Source: a virus
Lineage: Duplodnaviria; Caudoviricetes
Length of the DNA: 46,957 nucleotides
Strand: one strand, 5' to 3'
IMG/VR virus record: IMGVR_UViG_3300032272_000025
Location: 1-46,957 of that record
Position 1 is the first letter of the stretch. Each line of letters starts with the position of its first letter. A program made the position numbers and the translations under genes. This document shows positions 15,477 to 23,841 of the stretch, in pieces. The notes under the pieces were generated by a model, which was not told the origin of the DNA, ran no database searches, and saw only the letters and a list, made by a program, of their open reading frames with translations.

Positions 15477-17456
15477 ATGCAACCTGACTTCATCTACGGG
15501 CTGACACCCGGCGACATCATCTATGATATTGAAACATTCCCGAATGCCTTCACGCTGCGTGCGACTCATGCCGTATCAAAGACGCAGTGGTGCTTCGAGA
15601 TCAGTGATCGAAAGGATGAGTTAAACCAGCTCATTTTATTCATCACGACTGCCAACCAGATGAGATGCCGGATGGTGGGGTTCAACAACCTCGGCTTCGA
15701 TTATCCAGTGCTGCATCAGATCCTGAACCGCATTGCCACCACTGCACCACAGATCTACAAAGTGGCGATGTCAATCATCAACGCACCATTCAATGCACGA
15801 TTCGCTCATGTAATCTGGGACAAGGATCAGCTGATCCCGCAGGTTGATCTGTTCAAGATCCATCACTTCGACAACCCGGCAAAGTCAACCAGCCTCAAGA
15901 TCCTTGAGTGCCACATGAGGATGGACTCGGTCGAAGATCTGCCATTCCCAGTGGGCACTCACCTGACGTCAGAGCAGATCGACACTCTGATCGAATACAA
16001 CGGGCACGATGTTGATGCGACACTGATGTTCTATGAGCGGTCGTCACATGCTATCGCACTGCGTGAGAAGCTGTCCGACAGATTCGGCAGGAACATGACC
16101 AACATGAACGACATCAAGATTGGTGAGACAATCCTGATCTCTGAGATGGAAGCGCACGGCATCAGCTGCTACACCCAGGGTCGACAAAAGAAACAGACCA
16201 TTCATGGATCGCTGGGTCTGTCGACTGTCATCTTCCCTTACGTGCATCTGGAGAACCCAGAGTTCAATCGAATCCATCAATGGCTGGCGGCACAGACGAT
16301 CACCGAGACGAAGGGAGTGTTCACTGATCTCGTAGCAGAGGTGCAAGGTCTTGAGTATAAGATCGGCACCGGCGGTCTGCATGCTTCGATGCATCAATCT
16401 ATCATCGAGTCGAGTGAGACTCATCAGCTAGTGGATGTGGATGTCGCGTCATACTATCCAAACATGGGCATCCACAATGAACTGTTCCCTGCTCACTTGG
16501 GGCGTGAGTTCTGTGACGCCTACCTGAGCATGTATGAGACAAGGAAGACCCATAAGAAAGGATCACCAGAGAACGCAGCATACAAGCTCGGACTGGTCGG
16601 TGCTTACGGTGGATCGAACAACAAGTACAGCCCATTCTTTGATATGGCTTACACCATGAGCATCACAATCAATGGCCAACTGCTGCTGCTGATGCTGGTT
16701 GAACAGATGTTGAAGATCCCCGGACTGACTATGGTTCAGTGCAACACAGATGGCATCACATACTTGTGCCCTCGTGAGTACCTAGGGCACTCCAGAGCGA
16801 TTTGTAAGTGGTGGGAAGGCGTCACTAAGCTTGAGCTTGAAAAGGTCCCCTACAACCGAATGATGATCCGGGACGTGAACAGTTATATTGCTGAGTACGA
16901 GGATGGCAAACTGAAGCGGATCGGTGCGTATGCATACGTCACTGCTGAAGAAGACCCCGGTACTCGTGAGCTTCCGTGGCACAAGGACTGGTCATCACGA
17001 GTGGTAGCCAAAGCTGCTGAGGCGGCACTGGTGCGTGGCGAAGACATCCGTGAGTTCATCACCAGCCACAAGGACATCCACGACTTCATGCTGCGTACCA
17101 AGGTTCCACGCAGCTCGATGCTTGAGCACGGTGGAGTGAAGGTTGGTAACATCATCAGGTATTACATCAGCACCGACGGTGATATCCTGGAGAAGTTCTC
17201 ACCACCAACCGGTATCGAGGGTCACTTCAAGAAAGGCGCCCAGTGTAGCAAGGCAGTGTACGAAGCCAATGACAACAGCGTGTGGAGTGCAGACCTCCAC
17301 ACCAAGAACCAGAGTCGCCATGAAGAACGTCGCACCGGCATCCACACCGGGTACACTGTGCGGATATGCAACAGGATGGATGAGTTTACTGACACCATCA
17401 ACTATGAGTACTATATTAACGAGGCAGAGAAGCTTGTGCTGCCACTGAGGAGTTGA
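15477..17456 (+). CDS. DNA polymerase, family-B-like, with 3'-5' exonuclease
   Basis: ExoI DIET, ExoII GFNNLGFD, ExoIII YNGHD; motif A DVASYYPN, motif B KLGLVGAYG, motif C NTDG. Confidence 0.9.
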   Translation: MQPDFIYGLTPGDIIYDIETFPNAFTLRATHAVSKTQWCFEISDRKDELNQLILFITTANQMRCRMVGFNNLGFDYPVLHQILNRIATTAPQIYKVAMSIINAPFNARFAHVIWDKDQLIPQVDLFKIHHFDNPAKSTSLKILECHMRMDSVEDLPFPVGTHLTSEQIDTLIEYNGHDVDATLMFYERSSHAIALREKLSDRFGRNMTNMNDIKIGETILISEMEAHGISCYTQGRQKKQTIHGSLGLSTVIFPYVHLENPEFNRIHQWLAAQTITETKGVFTDLVAEVQGLEYKIGTGGLHASMHQSIIESSETHQLVDVDVASYYPNMGIHNELFPAHLGREFCDAYLSMYETRKTHKKGSPENAAYKLGLVGAYGGSNNKYSPFFDMAYTMSITINGQLLLLMLVEQMLKIPGLTMVQCNTDGITYLCPREYLGHSRAICKWWEGVTKLELEKVPYNRMMIRDVNSYIAEYEDGKLKRIGAYAYVTAEEDPGTRELPWHKDWSSRVVAKAAEAALVRGEDIREFITSHKDIHDFMLRTKVPRSSMLEHGGVKVGNIIRYYISTDGDILEKFSPPTGIEGHFKKGAQCSKAVYEANDNSVWSADLHTKNQSRHEERRTGIHTGYTVRICNRMDEFTDTINYEYYINEAEKLVLPLRS

Positions 17457-17459
17457 TCA

Positions 17460-17621
17460 ATGACTAGCAAATGCATCACAGCCGCTGAGATCCGACGATT
17501 GAATAACAGATATCAAACTAAGCAACAAGCCGAAACCGAAGCTCGACAGCGCAGAATTGAAGAGGTTTTTTTGAAGCCACTAACTGACAGGGTCATGGAG
17601 TTGATCAATGGGCGTCCGTGA
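17460..17621 (+). CDS. Small hypothetical protein (53 aa) flanked by 14-bp direct repeats
   Basis: MTSKCITAAEIRR...; GGAGTTGATCAATG at 17449 and 17597. Confidence 0.55.
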   Translation: MTSKCITAAEIRRLNNRYQTKQQAETEARQRRIEEVFLKPLTDRVMELINGRP

Positions 17622-17925
17622 AAGCAAAGTAGAAAAGTATCTCGACTCAGAGGTGCAGAAGATCGGCGGCATCACTCGCAAGTGGGTGAGCCCTGGTCGC
17701 GACGGTGTACCGGATCGGATTGTCATTGTGGCAACTATGGTCTGGTTTGTTGAAGTGAAGACTGTCGACGGCGCCCTGTCACCAGCACAGATTCGTGAGC
17801 ACGCTCGACTGAAAGAAGCAGGTGCCAAAGTGTTTACTGTCTACGGCGAGAGAGGTGTCGATGGTTTCGTAGCTGATCTCCACAACTACGATGACTTACC
17901 TATGGTTGGCTGGGAGTACCGCTGA
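17608..17925 (+). CDS. VRR-NUC domain nuclease
   Basis: RESKVE, KWVSPGRDGVPDRI, FVEVK, LSPAQ. Confidence 0.92.
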   Translation: MGVRESKVEKYLDSEVQKIGGITRKWVSPGRDGVPDRIVIVATMVWFVEVKTVDGALSPAQIREHARLKEAGAKVFTVYGERGVDGFVADLHNYDDLPMVGWEYR

Positions 17926-17984
17926 TGCTTGATATTTCCTCTGTCATATATAGGGTATTTCCTTCAACACATATAGGAGGGTGA

Positions 17985-18476
17985 ATGCTCACGCAAGAAG
18001 AACTGAAACGAATTATCCACTATAATCCAGAAACAGGTGTATTCACTAACAGACTATTCAGGAATCCTCGTGCGTTGGAAGGACAGGTGGTTGGGACTGT
18101 CGATGGCAAGGGCTACCTCCACACCATGATCGACAAAAAGATATATCGCCTTCACAGGCTGGCATGCTTGTATATGACAGGAGTGGTCCCAAAGTATGTC
18201 GATCACAAAGACAGGGTCAGGGTGAACAATGCGTGGAATAACCTTCGCTCGGCTACGTGCAGAGACAACTCAGGAAACTCAGGTATACCTTCGCACAACA
18301 CTTCAGGGTTCAGAGGTGTATCTCGCAATAGTAAATCAGGCAAATGGCACGCACAGATTAAAATAAACGGAAAACAAACATACCTCGGTAGGTTCGACAC
18401 ACCCGGGGAAGCTGCTGTTCGATATAATGAAGCAGCAAAGGAGCACTTCGGTGAGTTCGCAACTCTTAACACCTGA
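17985..18476 (+). mobile_element. HNH-AP2 homing endonuclease gene
   Basis: LTQEELK..HYNPETGVF, HRLA, VDHKDR..NNAWNNLR, NTSGFRGV, AP2 YLGRF..EAA..Y; AT-richer than its flanks. Confidence 0.9.
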
Positions 18477-19950
18477 CATGATCCACTTGTATCAGCGAGA
18501 GTGCATCCTGCACCAGCTGGCACACAAGGACTCAATGCTGTGGCTGGATATGGGGATGGGTAAATCGGTGTGCACTCTGACCACAATCGTCGACAGGATG
18601 CGAGCAGGGCAGGTGAAGAAGACTCTGATCTTCGGACCACTGCGAGTCATCCAGTCAGTGTGGACACGTGAGGCCAGGAAGTGGAGCCACACAAAGCACC
18701 TTCGCTTCTCAATCGTGCACGGCACCAAGGACAAGAGAACTCGTGCACTCTTTGCTGACGCTGACATCTTCCTGATCAACTATGAGTCAATGAACTGGCT
18801 GGCAGAAACCCTGGATCACTACTACCTGAAGCAGAATAAACCTCTGCCATTTGAGATGGTTGTCTATGATGAGGTGTCGAAGCTGAAGAACTCAGGCACC
18901 CTGCGAGTGGCCGGTGGTAACCGGGATCGAAAGGATAAGCGAGGCGAGACGTACAAGGTTCATGTCACCGGCTGGCGCAAGATCCTGAAACAGTTCAAGT
19001 ATCGAACAGGGCTCACCGGCACCCCGGCAAGCAACGGGTATCTGGATCTACATGGTCAGTACTTGGCCGTAGATGGTGGCGAAAGACTTGGTGAATATGT
19101 CACCCACTACAAAGACAGCTACTTCGCCAGTGACTATATGGGCTGGGGATTCACACCGACTGAGATCGGCAAGCAGTGGATCGAGCATAAGATCAGCGAC
19201 ATCACTGTGAAGATGGATAGCAAGGATTACCTGGATCTACCTGACGTGAACATCACCAACATGATGGTTGACCTGCCACCGAAAGCACGTGTCGCATATG
19301 ACGAGGTGGAGAAGAACATGTTCACCCAGCTCGACAGCGGTACAGAGATTGAAGTCTTCTCCCGTAGCTCAGTGTCGAATAAGTGCCTGCAGTTCTGCAA
19401 CGGCAGTCCTTACTTGGTGGCAGGTGAGCCAGAGTTCGAGGCAATCCACGATGCCAAGCTGGATGCACTGGAAGACATCCTCGAAGAAGCCGGTGGGTCA
19501 CCGGTGCTGTGCAGCTATACGTTCAAGTCAGACGCTGCTCGGATCATGAAGCGATTCAAGAAGTACAAGCCGGTTAACCTTACAGGGGAGAAGTCATCGA
19601 AGACCGGCGACATCATCGACAAGTGGAACAGAGGTGAGATCCCGCTGCTGCTCGGACACCCGGCTTCAATGGGTCACGGAGTCGATGGGCTGCAGGATAC
19701 GGGGCACATCGTGGTATGGTTCGGATTGAACTGGAGTCTTGAGTTCTACCTGCAGCTGAACAAGCGTATCGACCGACAGGGTCAGAAGTCAGTCGTATCG
19801 ATCATCAGGATACTGTGCAACGACACACTGGATCTCGCCGTGGCTGACGCAATCGAGAGGAAGACTGACGACCAGGAAGGACTGAAGTCAGCCATCCAGA
19901 GATACCGCGATGGCTATACTACGAATGAGTTGACGGTGAACTTCTACTGA
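18451..19950 (+). CDS. SNF2-family helicase
   Basis: LDMGMGKS, INYE, VYDEVS, LTGTP, HPASMGHG, QLNKRIDRQGQ; GTG start with SD AAGGAG inside the HNH gene. Confidence 0.92.
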   Translation: MSSQLLTPDMIHLYQRECILHQLAHKDSMLWLDMGMGKSVCTLTTIVDRMRAGQVKKTLIFGPLRVIQSVWTREARKWSHTKHLRFSIVHGTKDKRTRALFADADIFLINYESMNWLAETLDHYYLKQNKPLPFEMVVYDEVSKLKNSGTLRVAGGNRDRKDKRGETYKVHVTGWRKILKQFKYRTGLTGTPASNGYLDLHGQYLAVDGGERLGEYVTHYKDSYFASDYMGWGFTPTEIGKQWIEHKISDITVKMDSKDYLDLPDVNITNMMVDLPPKARVAYDEVEKNMFTQLDSGTEIEVFSRSSVSNKCLQFCNGSPYLVAGEPEFEAIHDAKLDALEDILEEAGGSPVLCSYTFKSDAARIMKRFKKYKPVNLTGEKSSKTGDIIDKWNRGEIPLLLGHPASMGHGVDGLQDTGHIVVWFGLNWSLEFYLQLNKRIDRQGQKSVVSIIRILCNDTLDLAVADAIERKTDDQEGLKSAIQRYRDGYTTNELTVNFY

Positions 19951-19964
19951 GTAGAGTGCAGAGC

Positions 19965-20020
19965 AGGTTAGGGTGGGGTCTTCTCTCTCTCCGTCTGCTC
20001 CCCCACCCTAATCTTTTATT
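19965..20020 (+). terminator. 14-bp stem with 22-nt pyrimidine loop and T-tract
   Basis: AGGTTAGGGTGGGG (19965-78) pairs with CCCCACCCTAATCT (20001-14), followed by TTTATT. Confidence 0.6.
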
Positions 20021-20048
20021 TGACATCAGCATTACATGACATTATCGT
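20020..20048 (+). promoter_or_regulatory. Sigma70 promoter P4
   Basis: TTGACA-17 nt-TATCGT; GCATTAC in the same register as P1 and P2. Confidence 0.7.
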
Positions 20049-20073
20049 ACACGCAGAGAGCAGAGGAGAACAC

Positions 20074-20268
20074 ATGAGCAAATCAAAACTTGAAGTAGCG
20101 ACTAATGCGCTACTCGCCATCCAGAAGATTGCATATCATCAGAGCGTGATCGACATCGTCGACGCTGCTTTAGCTGAGCTCGACCACTCGACCACACCGG
20201 CGTGCGATGAAACCTGTCGCAACTACCCAGCCGGGTGGCACGCACCGCGCTGCCCAGGCAAGTCGTAA
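20074..20268 (+). CDS. Hypothetical protein
   Basis: SD GAGGAG before ATG 20074; C-terminal C..C..H..C. Confidence 0.65.
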   Translation: MSKSKLEVATNALLAIQKIAYHQSVIDIVDAALAELDHSTTPACDETCRNYPAGWHAPRCPGKS

Positions 20269-20372
20269 TGGGTCTACTCGACTACTATCTGATGGGCGTC
20301 ATGGTTGGTGGTGTGAACGGAATTGTCACCGGTGCAATTCTGACGTTTTACATTTTAAAAAGGAGAAAATAG
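20268..20372 (+). CDS. Small membrane protein (34 aa)
   Basis: MGLLDYYLMGVMVGGVNGIVTGAILTFYILKRRK; TAATG overlap. Confidence 0.6.
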   Translation: MGLLDYYLMGVMVGGVNGIVTGAILTFYILKRRK

Positions 20373-20373
20373 C

Positions 20374-20553
20374 ATGATACTATTCTATATTTATTTGGTG
20401 ATGATTGGTTACGTGTACAGTGAGACACACAACCAGAGTGACGTCGGCACTGCTCCGTTTACCATCTGGACGTACTCAATACTTTGGCCACTGATCGCAC
20501 TGAGCGAGACAGCGGCTTACGTCAATTATAAGTTCTTCATGTGGGGCCGGTGA
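20374..20553 (+). CDS. Small membrane protein (59 aa)
   Basis: MILFYIYLVMIGYVYS...SILWPLIAL; SD AAGGAG. Confidence 0.6.
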   Translation: MILFYIYLVMIGYVYSETHNQSDVGTAPFTIWTYSILWPLIALSETAAYVNYKFFMWGR

Positions 20554-20556
20554 GTC

Positions 20557-20670
20557 ATGCTCGCCGGTGTGATTGAGCCCGTAGCAATGCTGTGGGGGTG
20601 GACTGTACTTGCTAAGCTGTTTGTCATTGCTCTGTACTTCATCCTCAAACGAGAGGGGTGGTTCAAATGA
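20557..20670 (+). CDS. Small membrane protein (37 aa)
   Basis: MLAGVIEPVAMLWGWTVLAKLFVIALYFILKREGWFK; ATGA overlap with the next gene. Confidence 0.55.
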   Translation: MLAGVIEPVAMLWGWTVLAKLFVIALYFILKREGWFK

Positions 20671-22226
20671 GCACCACCTGTCCGAAATGTGAAGGGGGTA
20701 TGGCGAAGTGGGGCAAGACTCCAACAGGAACTCAGCGATACTACTGTAAGCTCTGCAAGTATCGCACCACTCAGCCGACGGTGACTGACTCGCCACTGAT
20801 TGACAAGGACACTGTCAAGGCTCGTGTTGCTGACATCAGAGAGCTGAAGAGATCCACCAAGGTGCAGCGGTATGTGGTCACATCTGCACAGAACAATACC
20901 CCAGTTCATCGCGGGTTCTTTGATGCGTTGCGACAATACTGCAGGCACAACGACGCAGAACTACTGGTCATTCCTGTTCGATACAAAAACCCGACTGGCT
21001 GGGCTGATCGTCACTCTGAGGACGACCTTTGGTATCCGCTTGATGTGAAGCCGTACCTAATTGATCGTGACTTGGTGCTGAACAAGAACATCGCGGTCAT
21101 GGGGTCAATCAAGATCCAAGCAACAGCAGTCGACCCGGTAACCGGATTGGAAACCATATCCGGCACGCGATCAGCAGTCTTTGGGCATGGGCAACTACGG
21201 ATGAAAACTGTCGCCACGCCACAGGATAAGATGCCGAAGATTCTGCACACCACTGGCTCAGTATCGCAGCGTAATTACTCTGAGACAAAGGCCGGTGCCA
21301 AAGGTAAGCATCACCACTCGTTCTCAGCACTGGTCGTTGAAGTAGTCGGTGACGTGTTCCACCTGCGCCAGCTGTCGGCATCATCGGCTGGTTCATTCTA
21401 TGACCTGGATAAGTTCTACACCGCAAGTGGTGTAACAGCTGGAGAGGGTCTGACAGCACTAGTGACCGGTGACGAGCACGCTTTATTCATGGACCCTGTC
21501 GTCCGAGCAGCCACCTACGAGAACAAAGATTCAATAGTCAAAGTGCTGAGCCCGAATACTATTGTGCGTCACGATGTGCTGGACTTCTATCCGCAGAATC
21601 ATCATCACAATAACGACAGGCTGGTCAGGCACATCAATGCAGTGACTGGGCACCATGATGTACGGCAGGAATTGGACACCACGCTGGCTATGATCGACGC
21701 CACGACGCCGAAGGGGGTCGAGAGCCTCATTGTATCATCGAACCACAACGAAGCCCTCATGCGCTGGCTGAACGAATACAAGCCGGATCGTGACCCATTC
21801 AACGCTCTGATCTATCACGAGCTGTGTGCTGCAGTGTACGGCGAAGCAGGTTGGACACCCCAGGGTCCGAAGGCGCCTGATCCATTTGAGCTTTATTCAC
21901 GAGGCCGACTGCAGTGTAATCATCAGTTCCTCAGTGACCGCAAGTCACATCTGATCAAAGGTATCGATGTCGGCCAGCATGGTGACCGAGGCGCGAATGG
22001 AGCGCGTGGAGCTGTCAACAGTTTCGCAATGTCAGAGTATAAGATGATCGTTGGTCACAGTCACTCACCCGCCATTAAGTTCGGTGCTTACCAGACTGGC
22101 ACATCAACATACTTGCAGCTTGGGTATAATCGCGGCCTCAGCTCATGGCTGCAAACCCATTGCGGAATATACCCAAATGGCAAACGAGTACTGATCAGCG
22201 TGATCAACGGAGAGTGGAGAGCATGA
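20667..22226 (+). CDS. T5 A1-like calcineurin-type metallophosphoesterase/DNase with N-terminal zinc ribbon
   Basis: RYVVTSAQNN, HTTG, GDEH, HDVLD, SNH, QHG...GARG, GHSHSP and LGYNRG recall T5 A1; N-terminal CPKC...QRYYCKLC. Confidence 0.8.
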   Translation: MSTTCPKCEGGMAKWGKTPTGTQRYYCKLCKYRTTQPTVTDSPLIDKDTVKARVADIRELKRSTKVQRYVVTSAQNNTPVHRGFFDALRQYCRHNDAELLVIPVRYKNPTGWADRHSEDDLWYPLDVKPYLIDRDLVLNKNIAVMGSIKIQATAVDPVTGLETISGTRSAVFGHGQLRMKTVATPQDKMPKILHTTGSVSQRNYSETKAGAKGKHHHSFSALVVEVVGDVFHLRQLSASSAGSFYDLDKFYTASGVTAGEGLTALVTGDEHALFMDPVVRAATYENKDSIVKVLSPNTIVRHDVLDFYPQNHHHNNDRLVRHINAVTGHHDVRQELDTTLAMIDATTPKGVESLIVSSNHNEALMRWLNEYKPDRDPFNALIYHELCAAVYGEAGWTPQGPKAPDPFELYSRGRLQCNHQFLSDRKSHLIKGIDVGQHGDRGANGARGAVNSFAMSEYKMIVGHSHSPAIKFGAYQTGTSTYLQLGYNRGLSSWLQTHCGIYPNGKRVLISVINGEWRA

Positions 22227-22561
22227 GCAAACTAATATATATAGCGTCACCATACAGTGGCACAGAAGAAGAGATGCAGCAGCGATACGAAGCTGTTCGC
22301 GACTTCACTGCGAAGATCATGATGGATGGGTCAGTTGTTCCGTTCTCACCCATCGTACACTGCCACGATATCGCACAGCACCACGAACTACCACGCACCC
22401 ATGAGTTCTGGTTGCACATCGACGAGACATACCTTCGCCACTGCGACGAGTTGTGGGTGCTGATGATCCCAGGCTGGGAGGATTCTTTCGGTGTAGCCAG
22501 TGAGGTGAAGTTTGCCAATCGACTACACATCCCGGTATACTATAAGTGCGAGGTGAAGTGA
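22223..22561 (+). CDS. DUF1937 / nucleoside 2-deoxyribosyltransferase-like protein
   Basis: IYIASPYS, FSPIVHCH, CDELWVL, GWEDSFGVASE. Confidence 0.88.
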   Translation: MSKLIYIASPYSGTEEEMQQRYEAVRDFTAKIMMDGSVVPFSPIVHCHDIAQHHELPRTHEFWLHIDETYLRHCDELWVLMIPGWEDSFGVASEVKFANRLHIPVYYKCEVK

Positions 22562-22944
22562 TGCCCACAGTGGAAGAAGATAAGATGAAAGCAGGTGGGC
22601 TGAAGACCTACGCTGGCAAGACTGACTGGGATTTGATCCTCGCCCTGCCGCTGGAGGAGGCTGTCAAGTGTCTCGCTGACGGAAACCTGAAATATGAGCG
22701 TGACAACTGGACGGATCAGACCGGCGAAGTGGTTCGTGAATACAAGAACGCAGCAATGCGTCACATCGTCGCTCATCGCAGGGGTGAGAAGTTCATACCA
22801 GATCCAAAGGGTGACGTACAGGTTCGACACCTGGCATCAGCCGCAGTGGATCTGTTGATTGCCCTACATCATGAACTGAAGAATGAAGCTAACGATGTTT
22901 CATGTTCGGAGGTGTCAGAGCTCGATCACCGAACCACCAAGTAG
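22561..22944 (+). CDS. dATP/dGTP diphosphohydrolase-like protein (DUF5664)
   Basis: GLK..GK..WDL, G..KYERDNW, AAMRH, D......HLASAA. Confidence 0.8.
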   Translation: MPTVEEDKMKAGGLKTYAGKTDWDLILALPLEEAVKCLADGNLKYERDNWTDQTGEVVREYKNAAMRHIVAHRRGEKFIPDPKGDVQVRHLASAAVDLLIALHHELKNEANDVSCSEVSELDHRTTK

Positions 22945-23422
22945 TCGCACTCGACGCGGTGAAGAACACTGTATAAACCATATAATGAATCATGTCTGAA
23001 ATGTTCTCAGGCTGAGTAGACAGCCACTCCTGGAACGCAGTGTCGATTATCTTATTGAATACCCACGCGGCCATGACCCACAGTACGACGGTGAGGAACG
23101 GGCGAAAGAGTGCCTTGATGTTTGTCACCCATTGAGAAGATCCACGGCTGCCAGAAGTATCAGCAGTGATTGACTCACTCAGGCCATTCCACGCACCTTG
23201 GCTGGATACGATAGCGATCTCCTGCTCAGTCTCTGCGGCAGCAGCCTGCATCTGCAGCTTGTGCATGTTCTCTTCATGACTCCACTTCTTCTGCTCCCAC
23301 GCTTGACGAGCCTTCTCCTGGTAGTGCTTAGCAACCACACCAACCACTGAGCCGAGGATGCCGAACAAGCCACCACTCGCTACTGACGCACCTACTCCAA
23401 GTAATCCATCTAACCATTCCAT
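22889..23422 (-). CDS. Holin-like membrane protein (3TM holin type)
   Basis: Hydrophobic N-terminus, WVTNIKALFRPFLT, C-terminal WWFGDR; follows the endolysin. Confidence 0.7.
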   Translation of the reverse strand: MEWLDGLLGVGASVASGGLFGILGSVVGVVAKHYQEKARQAWEQKKWSHEENMHKLQMQAAAAETEQEIAIVSSQGAWNGLSESITADTSGSRGSSQWVTNIKALFRPFLTVVLWVMAAWVFNKIIDTAFQEWLSTQPENISDMIHYMVYTVFFTASSATTWWFGDRALTPPNMKHR

Positions 23423-23841
23423 ATCTTCTTACCTCCGTGCCCGTACCACAAACGATTCAATCTGATGTCAGTGTGGATGAACGAATTATATAGCCCAAAC
23501 GTAGAGAAGCCAGCCTTCTTCAAGGCGGCGAGAAGTTCGTGCCTGTCGTGAGATCCGATCTTCACGTCGAACGCTGCCAGCTTGTGCACTGACAAAGGGG
23601 CGCCCCCTACCATTGCGTTGTGATGCCAGCATCGATGTACGCTTGAGAATCCAATAGGGGTGCCGGTATCAGTTCGCACCAGCTGCAGTCGATCAAGACC
23701 TATGTAAAACTCTGGACCCCAGTAGAACTCACCGCAGCATGAGCAGGATAGGTTCGGCTCAGTGATCGGGAAGTTCGGCCACCGCTGATCCCATGAATCA
23801 AGGATCTCTTGAGGGAGGTCTCGAATGCTTTCGTAAATCAA
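23410..23841 (-). CDS. Endolysin, peptidase M15 (Zn D-Ala-D-Ala carboxypeptidase-like)
   Basis: HR..HN..VGG...SVH...AFD, GLYNSFIHTD; start codon uncertain. Confidence 0.85.
   Translation of the reverse strand: MIYESIRDLPQEILDSWDQRWPNFPITEPNLSCSCCGEFYWGPEFYIGLDRLQLVRTDTGTPIGFSSVHRCWHHNAMVGGAPLSVHKLAAFDVKIGSHDRHELLAALKKAGFSTFGLYNSFIHTDIRLNRLWYGHGGKKIWNG

Noticed and set aside
17925-18476. Group I intron around the HNH gene
   Set aside because: Flanking non-coding sequence is about 60 nt, too short for a ribozyme core.
20667-20780. IS1 transposase remnant
   Set aside because: Only an InsA-like zinc ribbon fused in frame to the phosphoesterase; no DDE domain or IS ends.
22561-22944. 2-aminoadenine (Z) genome pathway
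   Set aside because: No PurZ or DatZ-like gene recognised; DUF5664 alone is insufficient.
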